Shown one piece after another: positions 10,760 to 21,100 of a stretch of 64,000 nucleotides of DNA (position 1 is the first letter of the stretch; each line of letters starts with the position of its first letter). The position numbers and the translations under genes were made by a program. Under the pieces are notes generated by a model. The model saw only the letters and a list, made by a program, of their open reading frames with translations, was not told where the DNA came from and ran no database searches. This DNA is from Terriglobia bacterium (GTDB lineage Bacteria > Acidobacteriota > Terriglobia > Acidiferrales > UBA7541). Where the stretch lies: NCBI GenBank assembly GCA_963695545.1, contig OY968796.1, forward strand, positions 3,360,001-3,424,000. Direction: 5' to 3'.

Positions 10760-12397
10760 ATGAAAGTAGCACTCGGCCAACTCAATCCCACCGTCGGCGA
10801 TTTCTCCGGCAACGCCGCCAGAATTCTCGACGCCGCCGCACGAGCACGCGATCGTGGCGCGGACATCATCGTCTTCTCGGAGATGTGCCTCTGCGGATAT
10901 CTCCCGCAGGATCTCGTCGAGCGCCCCGCATTTCTCGATCGCAATCGCAAAGAACTCGATTGCCTCGCCAAAAAATTGCCGTTGCCCGCCGTAGTCGGCT
11001 ACGTAGCGCGCTCCGGCGAAGCGACAGGGAAGCCCGCAGCCAACGCTGCGGCTCTCGTCAGTGGCGGCCGCGTCGTCTTCGAGCAGCACAAAATGCTTCT
11101 GCCCACCTACGACGTTTTCGATGAATCGCGTTACTTCCAGCCCGCGCGCTCGCAGCAAGCATTCAAATTCGAGGGCGAAAGCCTCGGCATCACCATCTGC
11201 GAAGATATTTGGAACGACAAGAATTTCTGGGTCAAGCGCCTCTACGATCGAGATCCCGTCGCCGAACTTGTAGGGCAGGGAACTACCCTGCTTCTAAATC
11301 TCTCCGCGTCTCCTTACGTGATCGATAAACGCAATCTGCGTCTTGACATGCTTCGCTCCATCGCGCGCACCCACCAGCGCCCCATCATTTACGTCAATCA
11401 AGTCGGAGGGAACGACACGCTGGTCTTCGACGGCGGCAGCCTCGCCGTCATGCCCGATGGACGCGTCGCCGCCCAAGCCAAACTGTTTGAAGAAGATCTC
11501 GTCCTTTTCGATTCCACCACAGGCATGGGCGAAATTCACGCGCAACCCCAAGAAGAAATTGTCGTCGCCTACCAAGCTCTCGTCTGCGGCACGCGCGACT
11601 ACGTTCGCAAGTGCGGCTTCCACAAAGTTGTCGTCGGTCTCAGCGGCGGCATCGATTCCGCCGTCGTCGCTGCCATCGCCGCCGCTGCCGTCGGCCCTGA
11701 AAATGTGTTCGGCGTTTCCATGCCCGGCCCGTATTCTTCCGAAGGCAGCCGCACCGATGCCCGCCAACTCGCGCAAAATCTCGGCATCGAATTCATCGTC
11801 CTGCCCATCGGCGATGTCTTCGCCAGCTACCGCGCCGATCTGGCCGCCGTCTTCGCCGGCAAACCCGAAGACGTCACCGAAGAAAATCTCCAGGCCCGCA
11901 TCCGCGGCAACCTTTTGATGGCGCTCTCAAATAAATACGGCGCTCTCGTCCTGAGCACCGGCAACAAATCCGAATTAGCCGTAGGCTACTGCACGCTCTA
12001 CGGAGACATGGCCGGCGGCCTCGCCGTCCTGGCCGACGTCCCGAAAACCATGGTCTACGCCGTAGCCGACGTCATCAATCGCGAAAGGGAATTGATCCCC
12101 CAAGCGACCATCGCCAAGCCCCCATCCGCCGAACTTCGCCCCAATCAGAAGGACACGGATTCTCTGCCGCCCTACGACGTCTTGGATCGCATCCTCAAAG
12201 CCTACATAGAGGACCTCCTCTCGCCCGAGGAGATTGCCGACCTTTACAGCTACGATCTATCTTTGGTTCGTTCGATCGCGATTAAAGTGGACCGCAACGA
12301 ATACAAACGTAAACAGGCCGCGCCCGGCCTTAAACTAACTTCGCGCGCCTTCGGCTTCGGCCGCCCGTTCCCCCTGGCGCAAAAGTTCGAGCCGTAG
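10760..12397 (+). CDS. nadE: glutamine-dependent NAD+ synthetase
   Basis: N-terminal nitrilase domain (KMLLPTYDVFDE, ICEDIW) fused to synthetase (GLSGGIDS, NLQARIRG, TGNKSE, PPSAELRP). Confidence 0.96.
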   Translation: MKVALGQLNPTVGDFSGNAARILDAAARARDRGADIIVFSEMCLCGYLPQDLVERPAFLDRNRKELDCLAKKLPLPAVVGYVARSGEATGKPAANAAALVSGGRVVFEQHKMLLPTYDVFDESRYFQPARSQQAFKFEGESLGITICEDIWNDKNFWVKRLYDRDPVAELVGQGTTLLLNLSASPYVIDKRNLRLDMLRSIARTHQRPIIYVNQVGGNDTLVFDGGSLAVMPDGRVAAQAKLFEEDLVLFDSTTGMGEIHAQPQEEIVVAYQALVCGTRDYVRKCGFHKVVVGLSGGIDSAVVAAIAAAAVGPENVFGVSMPGPYSSEGSRTDARQLAQNLGIEFIVLPIGDVFASYRADLAAVFAGKPEDVTEENLQARIRGNLLMALSNKYGALVLSTGNKSELAVGYCTLYGDMAGGLAVLADVPKTMVYAVADVINRERELIPQATIAKPPSAELRPNQKDTDSLPPYDVLDRILKAYIEDLLSPEEIADLYSYDLSLVRSIAIKVDRNEYKRKQAAPGLKLTSRAFGFGRPFPLAQKFEP

Positions 12398-12465
12398 ACG
12401 TGCAGCTGCGGTCTTTGTTTCGTGTCCGCCGGAATTTTGATGAAGTATTGTTAAAGGAGAGTGTT

Positions 12466-13398
12466 GTGCGAAACGCTTTCATCGCCATGATTCTGATGTT
12501 GGCTTCATTCGCAGTCGCGGCCAACGCCCAGACCGCACCGCCTGCGCAAGCTCCCGCGGCGCACGCCGCAGGCCCGCAAGCCGCAACTCCCGCCGCCGCG
12601 CCTCCTACCGAACTACAGAAGAAGATCCAGGCCTACCTTCGCGATCTCTACGGTTTCGGCCCGGATTTCACCATCACCGTCGGCGCGCCTCAGCCCACAC
12701 CAATTTCTGACCTGTCCGTAATGAATGTGGAAGTCGGCTACAACGGCCAATCCGATTCCACGGTCATCTACGTTAGCAAGGATGGAAAATTCCTGATTCG
12801 CGGGGAACTGGACGATATGTCGCTCGACCCGCTCGCCGCAACCCGCGATGAAATTCACACCGCAGGCGCTCCGTCAAAGGGTCCGGCCGATGCTCGCGTC
12901 GTCGTCGTCGAGTACGCCGACTACGAGTGCCCCATGTGCCGTCAACTCGATACGCTCATGCGCACGCTCTTGCCAAAATATCCGCAGATTCGCCTGGTCT
13001 ACAAAGATTTCCCCATCACCGATCTGCACCCTTGGGCCATGACCGCCGCTCTTGCCGCCCACTGCGCCTTCGTTCAGAAACCCTCTGCCTTCTGGACTTA
13101 TCACGACAGCATCTTCGACAGCCAGGACTTGATCTCGCCCGACAACGCCTTCGATAAGCTCCAGGATCTCGCTTCCCAAGCCGGTCTGAATCCCGATCAA
13201 CTCAAGTCCTGCATGTCCGACTCGAGCGCCGCACAATACATTCAAGCCGAGCAAGCCGAAAGCCAAGGCCTGGAAGTCGCCAGCACACCGACCATTTTCG
13301 TTAACGGTCGCCGAATCGTCGGCCCCAACGAACAACTCCTGGAGCAATACATCCAGTTCGAGCTGGCTAAAAAACCCTCCGCCCCCAAAGCTCCATGA
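12466..13398 (+). CDS. DsbA-family thioredoxin-domain protein
   Basis: AAGGAG RBS, signal peptide, EYADYECPMC active site, STPTIFVNG. Confidence 0.9.
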   Translation: MRNAFIAMILMLASFAVAANAQTAPPAQAPAAHAAGPQAATPAAAPPTELQKKIQAYLRDLYGFGPDFTITVGAPQPTPISDLSVMNVEVGYNGQSDSTVIYVSKDGKFLIRGELDDMSLDPLAATRDEIHTAGAPSKGPADARVVVVEYADYECPMCRQLDTLMRTLLPKYPQIRLVYKDFPITDLHPWAMTAALAAHCAFVQKPSAFWTYHDSIFDSQDLISPDNAFDKLQDLASQAGLNPDQLKSCMSDSSAAQYIQAEQAESQGLEVASTPTIFVNGRRIVGPNEQLLEQYIQFELAKKPSAPKAP

Positions 13399-13540
13399 CC
13401 ACCCGCCGTCTCAACCGTCGCCGTCACGTCCCGCCGCGAACCAACGGCGCTGACCATCCGAATCGCCCCCCACCTCAAGCCTAGGCGCCACCCCTCCGCG
13501 AATCCACCCCACGCCGCGCCGCGCGGCGGCCCGCACAACG

Positions 13541-13776
13541 CAAGCCTCGCGCAAGACGCCCGCCCCCCGCCCACATCCCGCCGCGAATCCCCCGCCATCG
13601 CAAGCGTCGCGCAAGACGGCCCGCCCCCGCCCACCTCGCGCCGCGAATCCCCCCGCCATCTCAAGCCTCGCGCAAGCCCCCCGCCCCCGCCCAAATCACG
13701 CCGCGAATTCACCGCCATCGCAAGCCTCGCGCAAGACGGCCCGCCCCCGCCCACATCACGCCGCGAATCACCCGCC
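13541..13776. repeat. ~60-bp C-rich tandem repeat, about 4 copies
   Basis: CAAGCCTCGCGCAAGACGGCCCGCCCCCGCCCACATC..CCGCGAATC..CCGCCATCG recurs every ~60 nt. Confidence 0.85.
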
Positions 13777-13826
13777 TCCGACGCCCGGCGAGCCGGACTC
13801 GCAACCGCGCCGCACGAAAGACCCCT

Positions 13827-13965
13827 AGCGCCCGGCGCGACAAACTCCCCAGCGTTCGGCGCGTCAATATCGGCAGCGCTCCGCGGGCCAACGTCGGCAG
13901 CTCTCGGCGCGACGACTCCGGTAGCGCCCGGGGCGACAATTCCGGTAGCGCCCGGCGCGAAACAC
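13827..13965. repeat. ~24-bp degenerate tandem repeat, about 6 copies
   Basis: AGCGCCCGGCGCGACAA.TCCGGT-like units. Confidence 0.7.
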
Positions 13966-14099
13966 CAACCATAGTGCACTCGATTGCAGTTAGTGCACCT
14001 AGTGCACTCTGCAGATGGAACAGCCCCCCTCGTCTCCCGGTAAATTCCCAATCCCAAGTCACCCCGCCCGCCTTTCGGTCGCCCACTGCCTGTCGGTGC

Positions 14100-14127
14100 A
14101 GTTGACATAATATATCTTAGCGGGTAC
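14100..14127 (-). other. dif-like XerC/XerD recombination site
   Basis: Minus strand GTACCCGCTAA-GATATA-TTATGTCAACT has 11-6-11 geometry, with the XerD arm close to the E. coli TTATGTTAAAT. Confidence 0.7.
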
Positions 14128-14332
14128 TTGCTTGCAAGGGGAATTTACGGGTGGGGGCGCGATTGTCGCGGGCGGGGATCGCTGTGCGGATTGTGCGGCG
14201 ATAGGGGACGCAGGGAGGGGGGCGCGCGTGGTGCGGTGGCGGAGGATGCGGTTGGGGGCGCGGACTGGGTTGTGCAGATCGGGGTGAAGACGGGGATGCG
14301 GAGGGGGCGAGGGGATGGCGTGGGGTTGGCGT

Positions 14333-14531
14333 TCGACGGGGATCTGTCTGCGTCGCGCTGGCGAAAATCACGTAGAAGGATCTTCCCGCGGGCTGACGAT
14401 CGACGGGGATTTATTTGTGTGGCGCTGGCGAAAATCAGGTAGAAGGATCCTCGCGCGGGGTGACTATCGACGGGGATTTATTTGTGTGGCGCTGACGAAA
14501 ATCAGGTGGAAGGGTCTTCGCGCGAGGTGAC
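14333..14531. repeat. 67-bp tandem repeat, 3 copies
   Basis: TCGACGGGGAT...GCGCTG.CGAAAATCA.GT.GAAGG starts at 14333, 14400 and 14467. Confidence 0.85.
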
Positions 14532-14837
14532 GCGGGAGAAGTTGCTCGAGATTGGGGAGGTTCGGTGACGAGGATTATTGGGGCGGGGGCGGGGCCGGCT
14601 GGATTGGTGCGTCGTGCGCGAGACCAGGCGCGATGTCGGTCCCCTGCACTGCCGCGCGATAGGCGCTTGGATTCGGTGCTTCGCGTCGGAGTTTGCGCGG
14701 CGCGCGGACGCGCGCGACGGGAGCGGCGCCGGGAATCTCGGGCGGTGCCGGAGTGCGGGGGGCGCGGTGTACACCGGCGCGCGGCAGCGGGGCGCGCGGG
14801 GAGCGAGGCGCGTGTCGGGCGGAGCGGGGATGGCGAC

Positions 14838-15293
14838 GTGAGAGTGCGGCGGCGTCTGGCGAGAATCGGATTGATGGCGGCGCTCGCTTGGCTCAGTGCG
14901 TGCGGCAGCGGCGGCGGCGTTCGCGAGATGGTGGGATCGATCGAAGATGGCTTGCGGCTGGCGCGGCAGCTCGAGCAGCAGACGGGGCAAAGCGACATCG
15001 TGGCCATGGTGATCAACGGGCAATTTATCGGCATCACGCTCGAGAATTCGGCCTGGAACGATCTTCCGGCGGAGCAGAAGCGCGAGAAGTCGCTCGAGAT
15101 CGCGCGGCTGGCTTACGAAGATTATCCGGGCGGCGGCGATCTGGTTGCGATTGACGTGTCGTACGAGACGAGATACGACGTCGGTCCGCTGCACTATCGC
15201 GTGAAGGGCGATAAGTTTGAGTTCTTCGCGTCGGAGTTTGCGCGGCGCGCGGCGGCCGGCGGCGTCGGTGATGTGGGCGCGGGCGGGAAGTGA
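14838..15293 (+). CDS. hypothetical lipoprotein
   Basis: Basic N-terminus, hydrophobic stretch, lipobox LSA-C. Confidence 0.7.
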   Translation: MRVRRRLARIGLMAALAWLSACGSGGGVREMVGSIEDGLRLARQLEQQTGQSDIVAMVINGQFIGITLENSAWNDLPAEQKREKSLEIARLAYEDYPGGGDLVAIDVSYETRYDVGPLHYRVKGDKFEFFASEFARRAAAGGVGDVGAGGK

Positions 15294-16031
15294 GGGCGCG
15301 ACGGTTCGCGCATCGTGGCGCGCGTGGCGAAGGCATCGTGACGCAGAGATGCTGGCGGTTCGCGCATCGGCCAGTTCCCTACTGTGCGCGGTGCGGGGGC
15401 GCCGCTAACGCCCGGCCGGGCGCGGATCGCGGCTGCCGCGCATCGCGGATACGGCGCTTGCCAACGTCCGCGCATCGGGCAATTGCCTTCCGGGCGCTCC
15501 CCGCGATGGCAAGATGGAGGCCTGAAGGCCTCCGCTACATAATTCGACCCGGGCGGAGCGGTTTGCGTGGCGCGGGCACTCTTGGCTGGGTGGTTTCGGT
15601 ATTTCACACGCAGCGCAAAAAAACAAAGGCGCACAGGCAGGAGGGTCCTCCAGCAGGCGGCGGACCTGCGGCCTGCGCGACACAAAGCAAGATGGAGGCC
15701 CGCGCCACGGCGGACAGGTTTCGGCCTCCGCCGCATGAGACGGAACATTGCGCGCGTGACGCGCCGCGACCGGCAACGCCGGGAGCGCATCGACGCGGCC
15801 GCGCATCGCGCAATTCCCTGCTACGCGCTGGGCGCGGAGAGTTGGCTGATCGACGCTGGCGGGCCGCAGGTGCGGCCTGGCGCCGAGCACGCCACACTTG
15901 AAATGTTAAAGAGTTCGTTTAAAATGCCTAAACCGTCGCGCGCGGTGGGCGTGCGTGCGGGGATCGAGGAGGGTTGGCGGTATTCGGGCGCGGCGCGGTC
16001 CGGCGCTTGCGAAAATTCCAGGAGACGAGTC

Positions 16032-16958
16032 ATGGACCTGCATCAGCTCGAAATATTTCTCACCGTGCTCGAACTGAACGGCGTGACGCGCGCCGCGGAA
16101 AAAGTCCAGCTGACGCCGGGCGCCGTCAGCATCCAGATGCAAAAGCTTTCAAGCGAAGTTCACACGCAATTATTTATCCGCGATGGCCGGCGCCTGGTGC
16201 CCACGCCGGCGGCGCTGCGGCTGGCGGAACACGCGCGGCGCGTGCTGAAGCAAGTGCGGCACATCCAGCAGGATTTCGAGGACGATCCGCGCGCGGATCA
16301 GCGCGAATTTCGGTTCGCGACCGGCGTGACCACGCTGGTCTACCGGCTGGGCCGGCCGCTGCGACGACTGCGGCTGCAATATCCGCACTGCGATTTTCAC
16401 GTGTCGGTGGGGCCGACGGAAGAGATCGTGGCGGGCTTGCTGAACCGGCAGCTCGACCTCGGATTGATCTCGCTGCCGGTGGCGGAAGAGCAGTTGGAGA
16501 TCACGCCGCTCTTCGAGGAAGAACTTTTTCTGTTGAGGCCTTCGCCCACGCTGGTGCGCGGCGGCGCGATCACTTCGATCGAGCCGCGAGATCTGGCCGA
16601 CGTGCCGTTTCTGCTTTATCCGAAGCGCAGCAACATGCGATTGAAAATCGACAGCTTCCTCAAAGAAATGGGGCTGACGCCGCGCGTGTTGATGGAAGCC
16701 GACGACACGGAGGCCATCAAGCGTCTGGTGGAATCGGGATTCGGATATTCGATTTTGCCGGAGCACGCGTTGCGCGGTCATCGCAGATTTTTTCACGTGC
16801 ATCGCATCGGGCAGAAGCGGCTGATTCGCAGGCAGGCGCTGGCGGCGGTGCGCACGGATTTTCCGCGGCGGCTGACCGTCTCGATCGCGGGATTTCTGAA
16901 GGACGCCATGCGCTCGACGCGCCGCACGAGCGAAGCGCGCGTGGCGGCGGTGCAGTAG
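16032..16958 (+). CDS. LysR-family transcriptional regulator (paralogue 1)
   Basis: AGGAG RBS, MDLHQLEIF..TRAAEK..LTPGAVS HTH, substrate-binding domain. Confidence 0.93.
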   Translation: MDLHQLEIFLTVLELNGVTRAAEKVQLTPGAVSIQMQKLSSEVHTQLFIRDGRRLVPTPAALRLAEHARRVLKQVRHIQQDFEDDPRADQREFRFATGVTTLVYRLGRPLRRLRLQYPHCDFHVSVGPTEEIVAGLLNRQLDLGLISLPVAEEQLEITPLFEEELFLLRPSPTLVRGGAITSIEPRDLADVPFLLYPKRSNMRLKIDSFLKEMGLTPRVLMEADDTEAIKRLVESGFGYSILPEHALRGHRRFFHVHRIGQKRLIRRQALAAVRTDFPRRLTVSIAGFLKDAMRSTRRTSEARVAAVQ

Positions 16959-16968
16959 GCGCGTGCGC

Positions 16969-17490
16969 CTATTGAAACATTTTTGCGATGGTCTGCATCG
17001 GCAGAAACAAACGCCTCGGGACCTTGAGGTCGATAAATCCGAATTCCTTGTAAAAGGCTTCGGCTTTTTCGTCCTTCGCATCGACAACCACGGTCCAGGA
17101 TGCAATTTCGCGACTGAGGATGAGACATCGATGAAGGGCGTCCATCAGCAACATCGGGCCTAAGCGAATTCCGTAGTCGATAGCGGTGCTTCGAGCCAGT
17201 CTTCCGATCAAAGTCGCCGGGACCTCGTTGTGCCTGCTCAGTTTTTGCGCAAGAGCCTCCGGGACGCTGTCCAGAAATATCGAATACTGCGACAGTGTGT
17301 AGTAGCCGGCGATGGTCTTACCGTCGGGCGTCATCACGAAGACTGCGGCGAGATTTTTCCTGACGCTTTGGCCCGCTTGCGTTTTGAGATAAATGTCCAG
17401 TTGCGGGACGCCACAAGAAAAAGCCGCCCGGTCGTGATTCGGTCCGAGCGGCTCAAAGACGAAGTTGGGTTGATTTTGACGTTCTGCCAA
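16969..17490 (-). CDS. GNAT acetyltransferase toxin (TacT/AtaT/KacT type)
   Basis: FSCG..QLD.YL, IAGYYTL, PATLIGRLA, VDAKDEKAEAFY..FGF. Coupled to the DUF1778 gene, TTG start. Confidence 0.9.
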   Translation of the reverse strand: MAERQNQPNFVFEPLGPNHDRAAFSCGVPQLDIYLKTQAGQSVRKNLAAVFVMTPDGKTIAGYYTLSQYSIFLDSVPEALAQKLSRHNEVPATLIGRLARSTAIDYGIRLGPMLLMDALHRCLILSREIASWTVVVDAKDEKAEAFYKEFGFIDLKVPRRLFLPMQTIAKMFQ

Positions 17491-17820
17491 TCACAACTCC
17501 ATCGGCTCCATCAGCCCCATGCGTTCTTTATATTCAGCAGCCGCCTTCTTCGCCGCTGCATTGGGTTCGGGCGGATTCAATAGCATGTTGACGAATAGCT
17601 CGCGGCTTGCGTCGCGCAGGTTCAACATCTCGTAGTCCTTGACGGTTGCCGCAGCGGCCTCCTCGAGTTTGGCCACCACAAAATCTGTGAGAGAAGTTCC
17701 GCGCAGTAGTGCAGCGCGTTCGATCAGGCGTTTTTGCTCAGGGGTGAGCCTGGCTTCGAGGCGTTCTGCGCGGCTGGGAGCTTTCCTTGTCGTCCTCACG
17801 GCTCTAGCTGTCCGCGGCAT
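17491..17820 (-). CDS. DUF1778 ribbon-helix-helix antitoxin (TacA/AtaR type)
   Basis: RLEARLT.EQK.LIERAA..G.SLTDFV, F...L.NPPEPN. GGAGG RBS. Confidence 0.9.
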   Translation of the reverse strand: MPRTARAVRTTRKAPSRAERLEARLTPEQKRLIERAALLRGTSLTDFVVAKLEEAAAATVKDYEMLNLRDASRELFVNMLLNPPEPNAAAKKAAAEYKERMGLMEPMEL

Positions 17821-17844
17821 ACTGGCCTCCAATTCACCCTTGCA

Positions 17845-17873
17845 AATGTACGGCAATTTGCCGGGTATGTCAA
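17845..17873 (-). promoter_or_regulatory. sigma70 promoter of the TA operon with palindromic operator in the spacer
   Basis: TTGACA-17 nt-TACATT. Spacer contains the inverted repeat CGGCAA-A-TTGCCG (17851-17863). Confidence 0.75.
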
Positions 17874-18151
17874 TGGCACTATCAAGATGTTTTGAATCTG
17901 CCGGATATGGGAGTTAGAGCAGTTTCCTTCCGCGATGCGCGCGCTTCGAGAGCGGCTAACCCGACGCACGCGCAACGACCCAAAAAACAGCGCCGCCGCG
18001 GGGAGGTCCGGGCCCCGCGGCGGCTTGCACAGCTACAACTCCGTTGGTCGGCTACAGATTAGTTCGACGGCTACAACTCCGTTGGCCTGACCCGTTGGTC
18101 TGAAACGCGCGGGCAGCCATCGCAGGCCGCCCGCGGCTGGGCTGACTCGAG

Positions 18152-21100
18152 CTAGAACGTGAACTTGGCCGAGAGCTGCGCGACGCGCGGATCGGCGGCC
18201 TTGACGCCGCTCGAGCCATCGAGCGCGCCGAAGCTGCTGGAGTTGAGTTGGTTGACGCCGCCGAAGTTCGCGGTGGAATTGTTGGCGCCGTTGGTTGCGG
18301 TGTAGGTCGGCGCGAAGTTCACGCGATTGAAGACGTTCAGGTAGTCCACGCGCAGCGTCAAACCATAACGCTCGGTGACCGCGAACGTTTTCGCGAAGGA
18401 AATATCCCAGTTGTAGGTGAACGGCATGCGGAAGGTGTTCTTTCCGATTGTGCCGAGCGTGCCGAAGATCGCCGGGTTGTTGACGGCATGTCCGGACGCG
18501 CAGGTGGTGCCGGTCAGCGGCACGTTGCAGACCGTGAATGGTTCAAAGGCCTGCGCATCGAGCAGGCTGTTGCAATTGGTGGAGACGCCGGTGCAAGCGG
18601 AGACGTTGTTGTAGGGCGAAAGGCCGGCGACGCAGCTATCGTACAAGCCGTCGTTCGTGGCCGAGTTGACCACCAGGCCCTGGCCGCAAAGCGTGCCGCG
18701 CTCGCTGCCCAGCGTGTTGCCGGAAATATTGTTGGCGTTCTCGATCGCGGTGAACGGACGGCCCGAAGCGGCCGAGACGATACCGGTGAGTTCCCATCCG
18801 CCAGCAAGCAAGCGCATGACCTCACTCGAGCCGTGCAGCGCGGGCGTCTTATAGACGAACGACCCGTTGAGCACGTGCCGCGTGTCGAAGTCCGACGGCC
18901 CCCAGTCCAGTGTGTGACGGTTCGGCGTGTAGGTTTCGTTGGTCGGGCAAGGCCCCGAGGCGACGTAGGCTTTGCACAGCGCCGGCTCGTTGATAGCGAC
19001 CGGGGAGAATATGCCATCGAAACCGGCGTCGCCTTGACCGAACGGCACATCGTCGAGGCTCTTCGCGTAGGTGTAGTTCACGAGCAGCGTGAGTCCGTTG
19101 GTGGCGCGCTTCTCGTAGGACACCTGGAGCGAGTTGTAGTCCGAGTTGATGTCGAACGCGTCTTCCAAAAGCGCCGTCGCAGAGAGCGCCGTGGTGGGAA
19201 TGAAGGTGCTGGCGGTGGTCGCTCCACCACTGGTGGTAGGAGCGCAATCCTGCGCCGCTGCCGGAGTGATGCCCACGCCGTAAGTGACCGCTGTGCCGGG
19301 CTCGCAGAACGTGCCGAGCAACGCGTTCACCACGCCAGTGCCGGTATTGATGCTGCCCGTTCCGGGGTTCGCTGGATTCAGCGGAGCTTGCGGCGGCGTC
19401 GGGTTGAGGTTCACGGTCTCCATGTTATGTTTGGAGATCAAGCCGACGTAGGCCACGCGCAACAGCGATTCCCCAGGCAATTGGCGCTCGATCGTCAGGT
19501 TGTAGGAGTAGACGGTCGGAACGTAATACTTCGCGGTCGAGAAGCTTCCATCGAGGTTGTTTCCGGGAATGTACGGATACGGGATTGTGCAGCCCGCGGC
19601 CGCCTGCACCACGCCGCCGGTTGAGCAAATGGGCAAATCCTTCGGTGGCGCATACGGGCCGGGGAAGGTCGGGAAGTTTACATGGTAGCTTGCCGCTTGC
19701 GCGCCCGAGCAGTTCAGGCGCGTTTGCGTGCCCGACTGGGTGCAGAGCGGATCGTTGAAGGACCCGGCCGTGGAGGACTCATTCGGTGCAGCCGCGGTGG
19801 ATTCGACGAACTGCGGGCTGTAGGGCCACTCGTCGACGAAGCGGTTGCTGTCCACACCGGCGATGCGCGAATCGTAGAAGATTCCGCCGCCGCCGCGAAC
19901 GCTGGTCTTGCCGTCGCCGAAAACGTCCCACGCAAAGCCAACGCGCGGTTCGAAGTTGTTGTAGCTGCTGTTCATGCCGTTTTGCGGGCAACCCGGATCG
20001 CCGCCGTAGAGCAGGCCCGGAGGCGCGTCTGGGAATTCCGTGGAACGCACGCCTTGCGCCATCAACGCGAGGTTGATGCAGGTGTAGCGATGGTCGGTGA
20101 TTTCATCCGGCATGTTCGCCGGTTCCCAGCGAACGCCGAGATTCAGCGTGAGGTTGTGGCGCAGGCGCAGGTTGTCCTGCAAATACAGTCCGGCGTAGGT
20201 GGTGCGCAGAGCCTTGAATTCACCGCCGCCCTGCTGCAAGCCGTAAGTGGTGGCGCCGGTGTCGCACATGTCTCCGGCCAGGTAATTCGTGAAGGTGCCG
20301 CGTCCCTCGGCGGTAGCATTGGCGGAAGACTGAGCGCCAACTCCGCTGTTCGCCACACTCGAGCCGTTAGCCAGAAGGCCCAAGAACGCGTCGTTGGTGC
20401 AGAACGCGATCAGGCCGGGTTGATTGAACTCGTTGATCAGGTCCACTTCGCTGCGCTCAAGATCGCCGCCAAAGTGGATGTCGTGAGGGCCTTTTTCCCA
20501 GCTGATATCGTCACTGGTGACCACGGTGCTGCGCAGGAACGTTCCGTGGGGGTTCGTGCCGAAGCTGAAGCCGTTGCCGGTGTTTCCGTTTTGAACGGTC
20601 ATCTGCTGAATGGCGTTCGGGCTGACGTTATCGGGCAAAAGCGATCCGAACGATTGCGGATCCGGAGCATTGGTGCCCGGGCCGCGGACGGAAGCCTCGC
20701 GCGAATAGCTCAGACGGAAATCGTTCAGGAAAGTCGGGGAGAAGGTGTGCGTCTCGTGCAGCAGCGCGTTCTGCGATTCGATGGTTTGGCCGTCGGTGTA
20801 AGCCAGCAGTTCGGTCGGCGGCGTGTATGGCGAGCGGACAAACCGGTCAAACTCATAGCGACCGGTCACTTTGTCGTTGCTCGTCAGCAGGTAGTCGAAT
20901 CGGCCCATACCGGAGTCGTAGTTCTCGGTATCGGGAATCGGGAAGCTGGCGCAGGGATTCGATCCGGCGGGGCAAGCCACCGGGCTTACACCGGGCAGGA
21001 TATTCGCGAGACCTGTGGATGTGAGGCCAGCCAGAGCGTAAGTCGGATTCATCATCGGAAGGCCGGTGGTCGCGTTGATGCCCAGCATCTTGGCGACCGC

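Noticed and set aside
13541..14531. Tandem repeats as a CRISPR array
   Set aside because: Units are contiguous with no unique spacers, and no cas genes are present.
14532..15252. DGR template/variable repeat pair
   Set aside because: Differences are not adenine-specific, include indels, and no reverse transcriptase is in the window.
15567..16031. N-terminal extension of LysR
   Set aside because: REP-derived Arg-rich frame. The RBS and the paralogue support a start at 16032.
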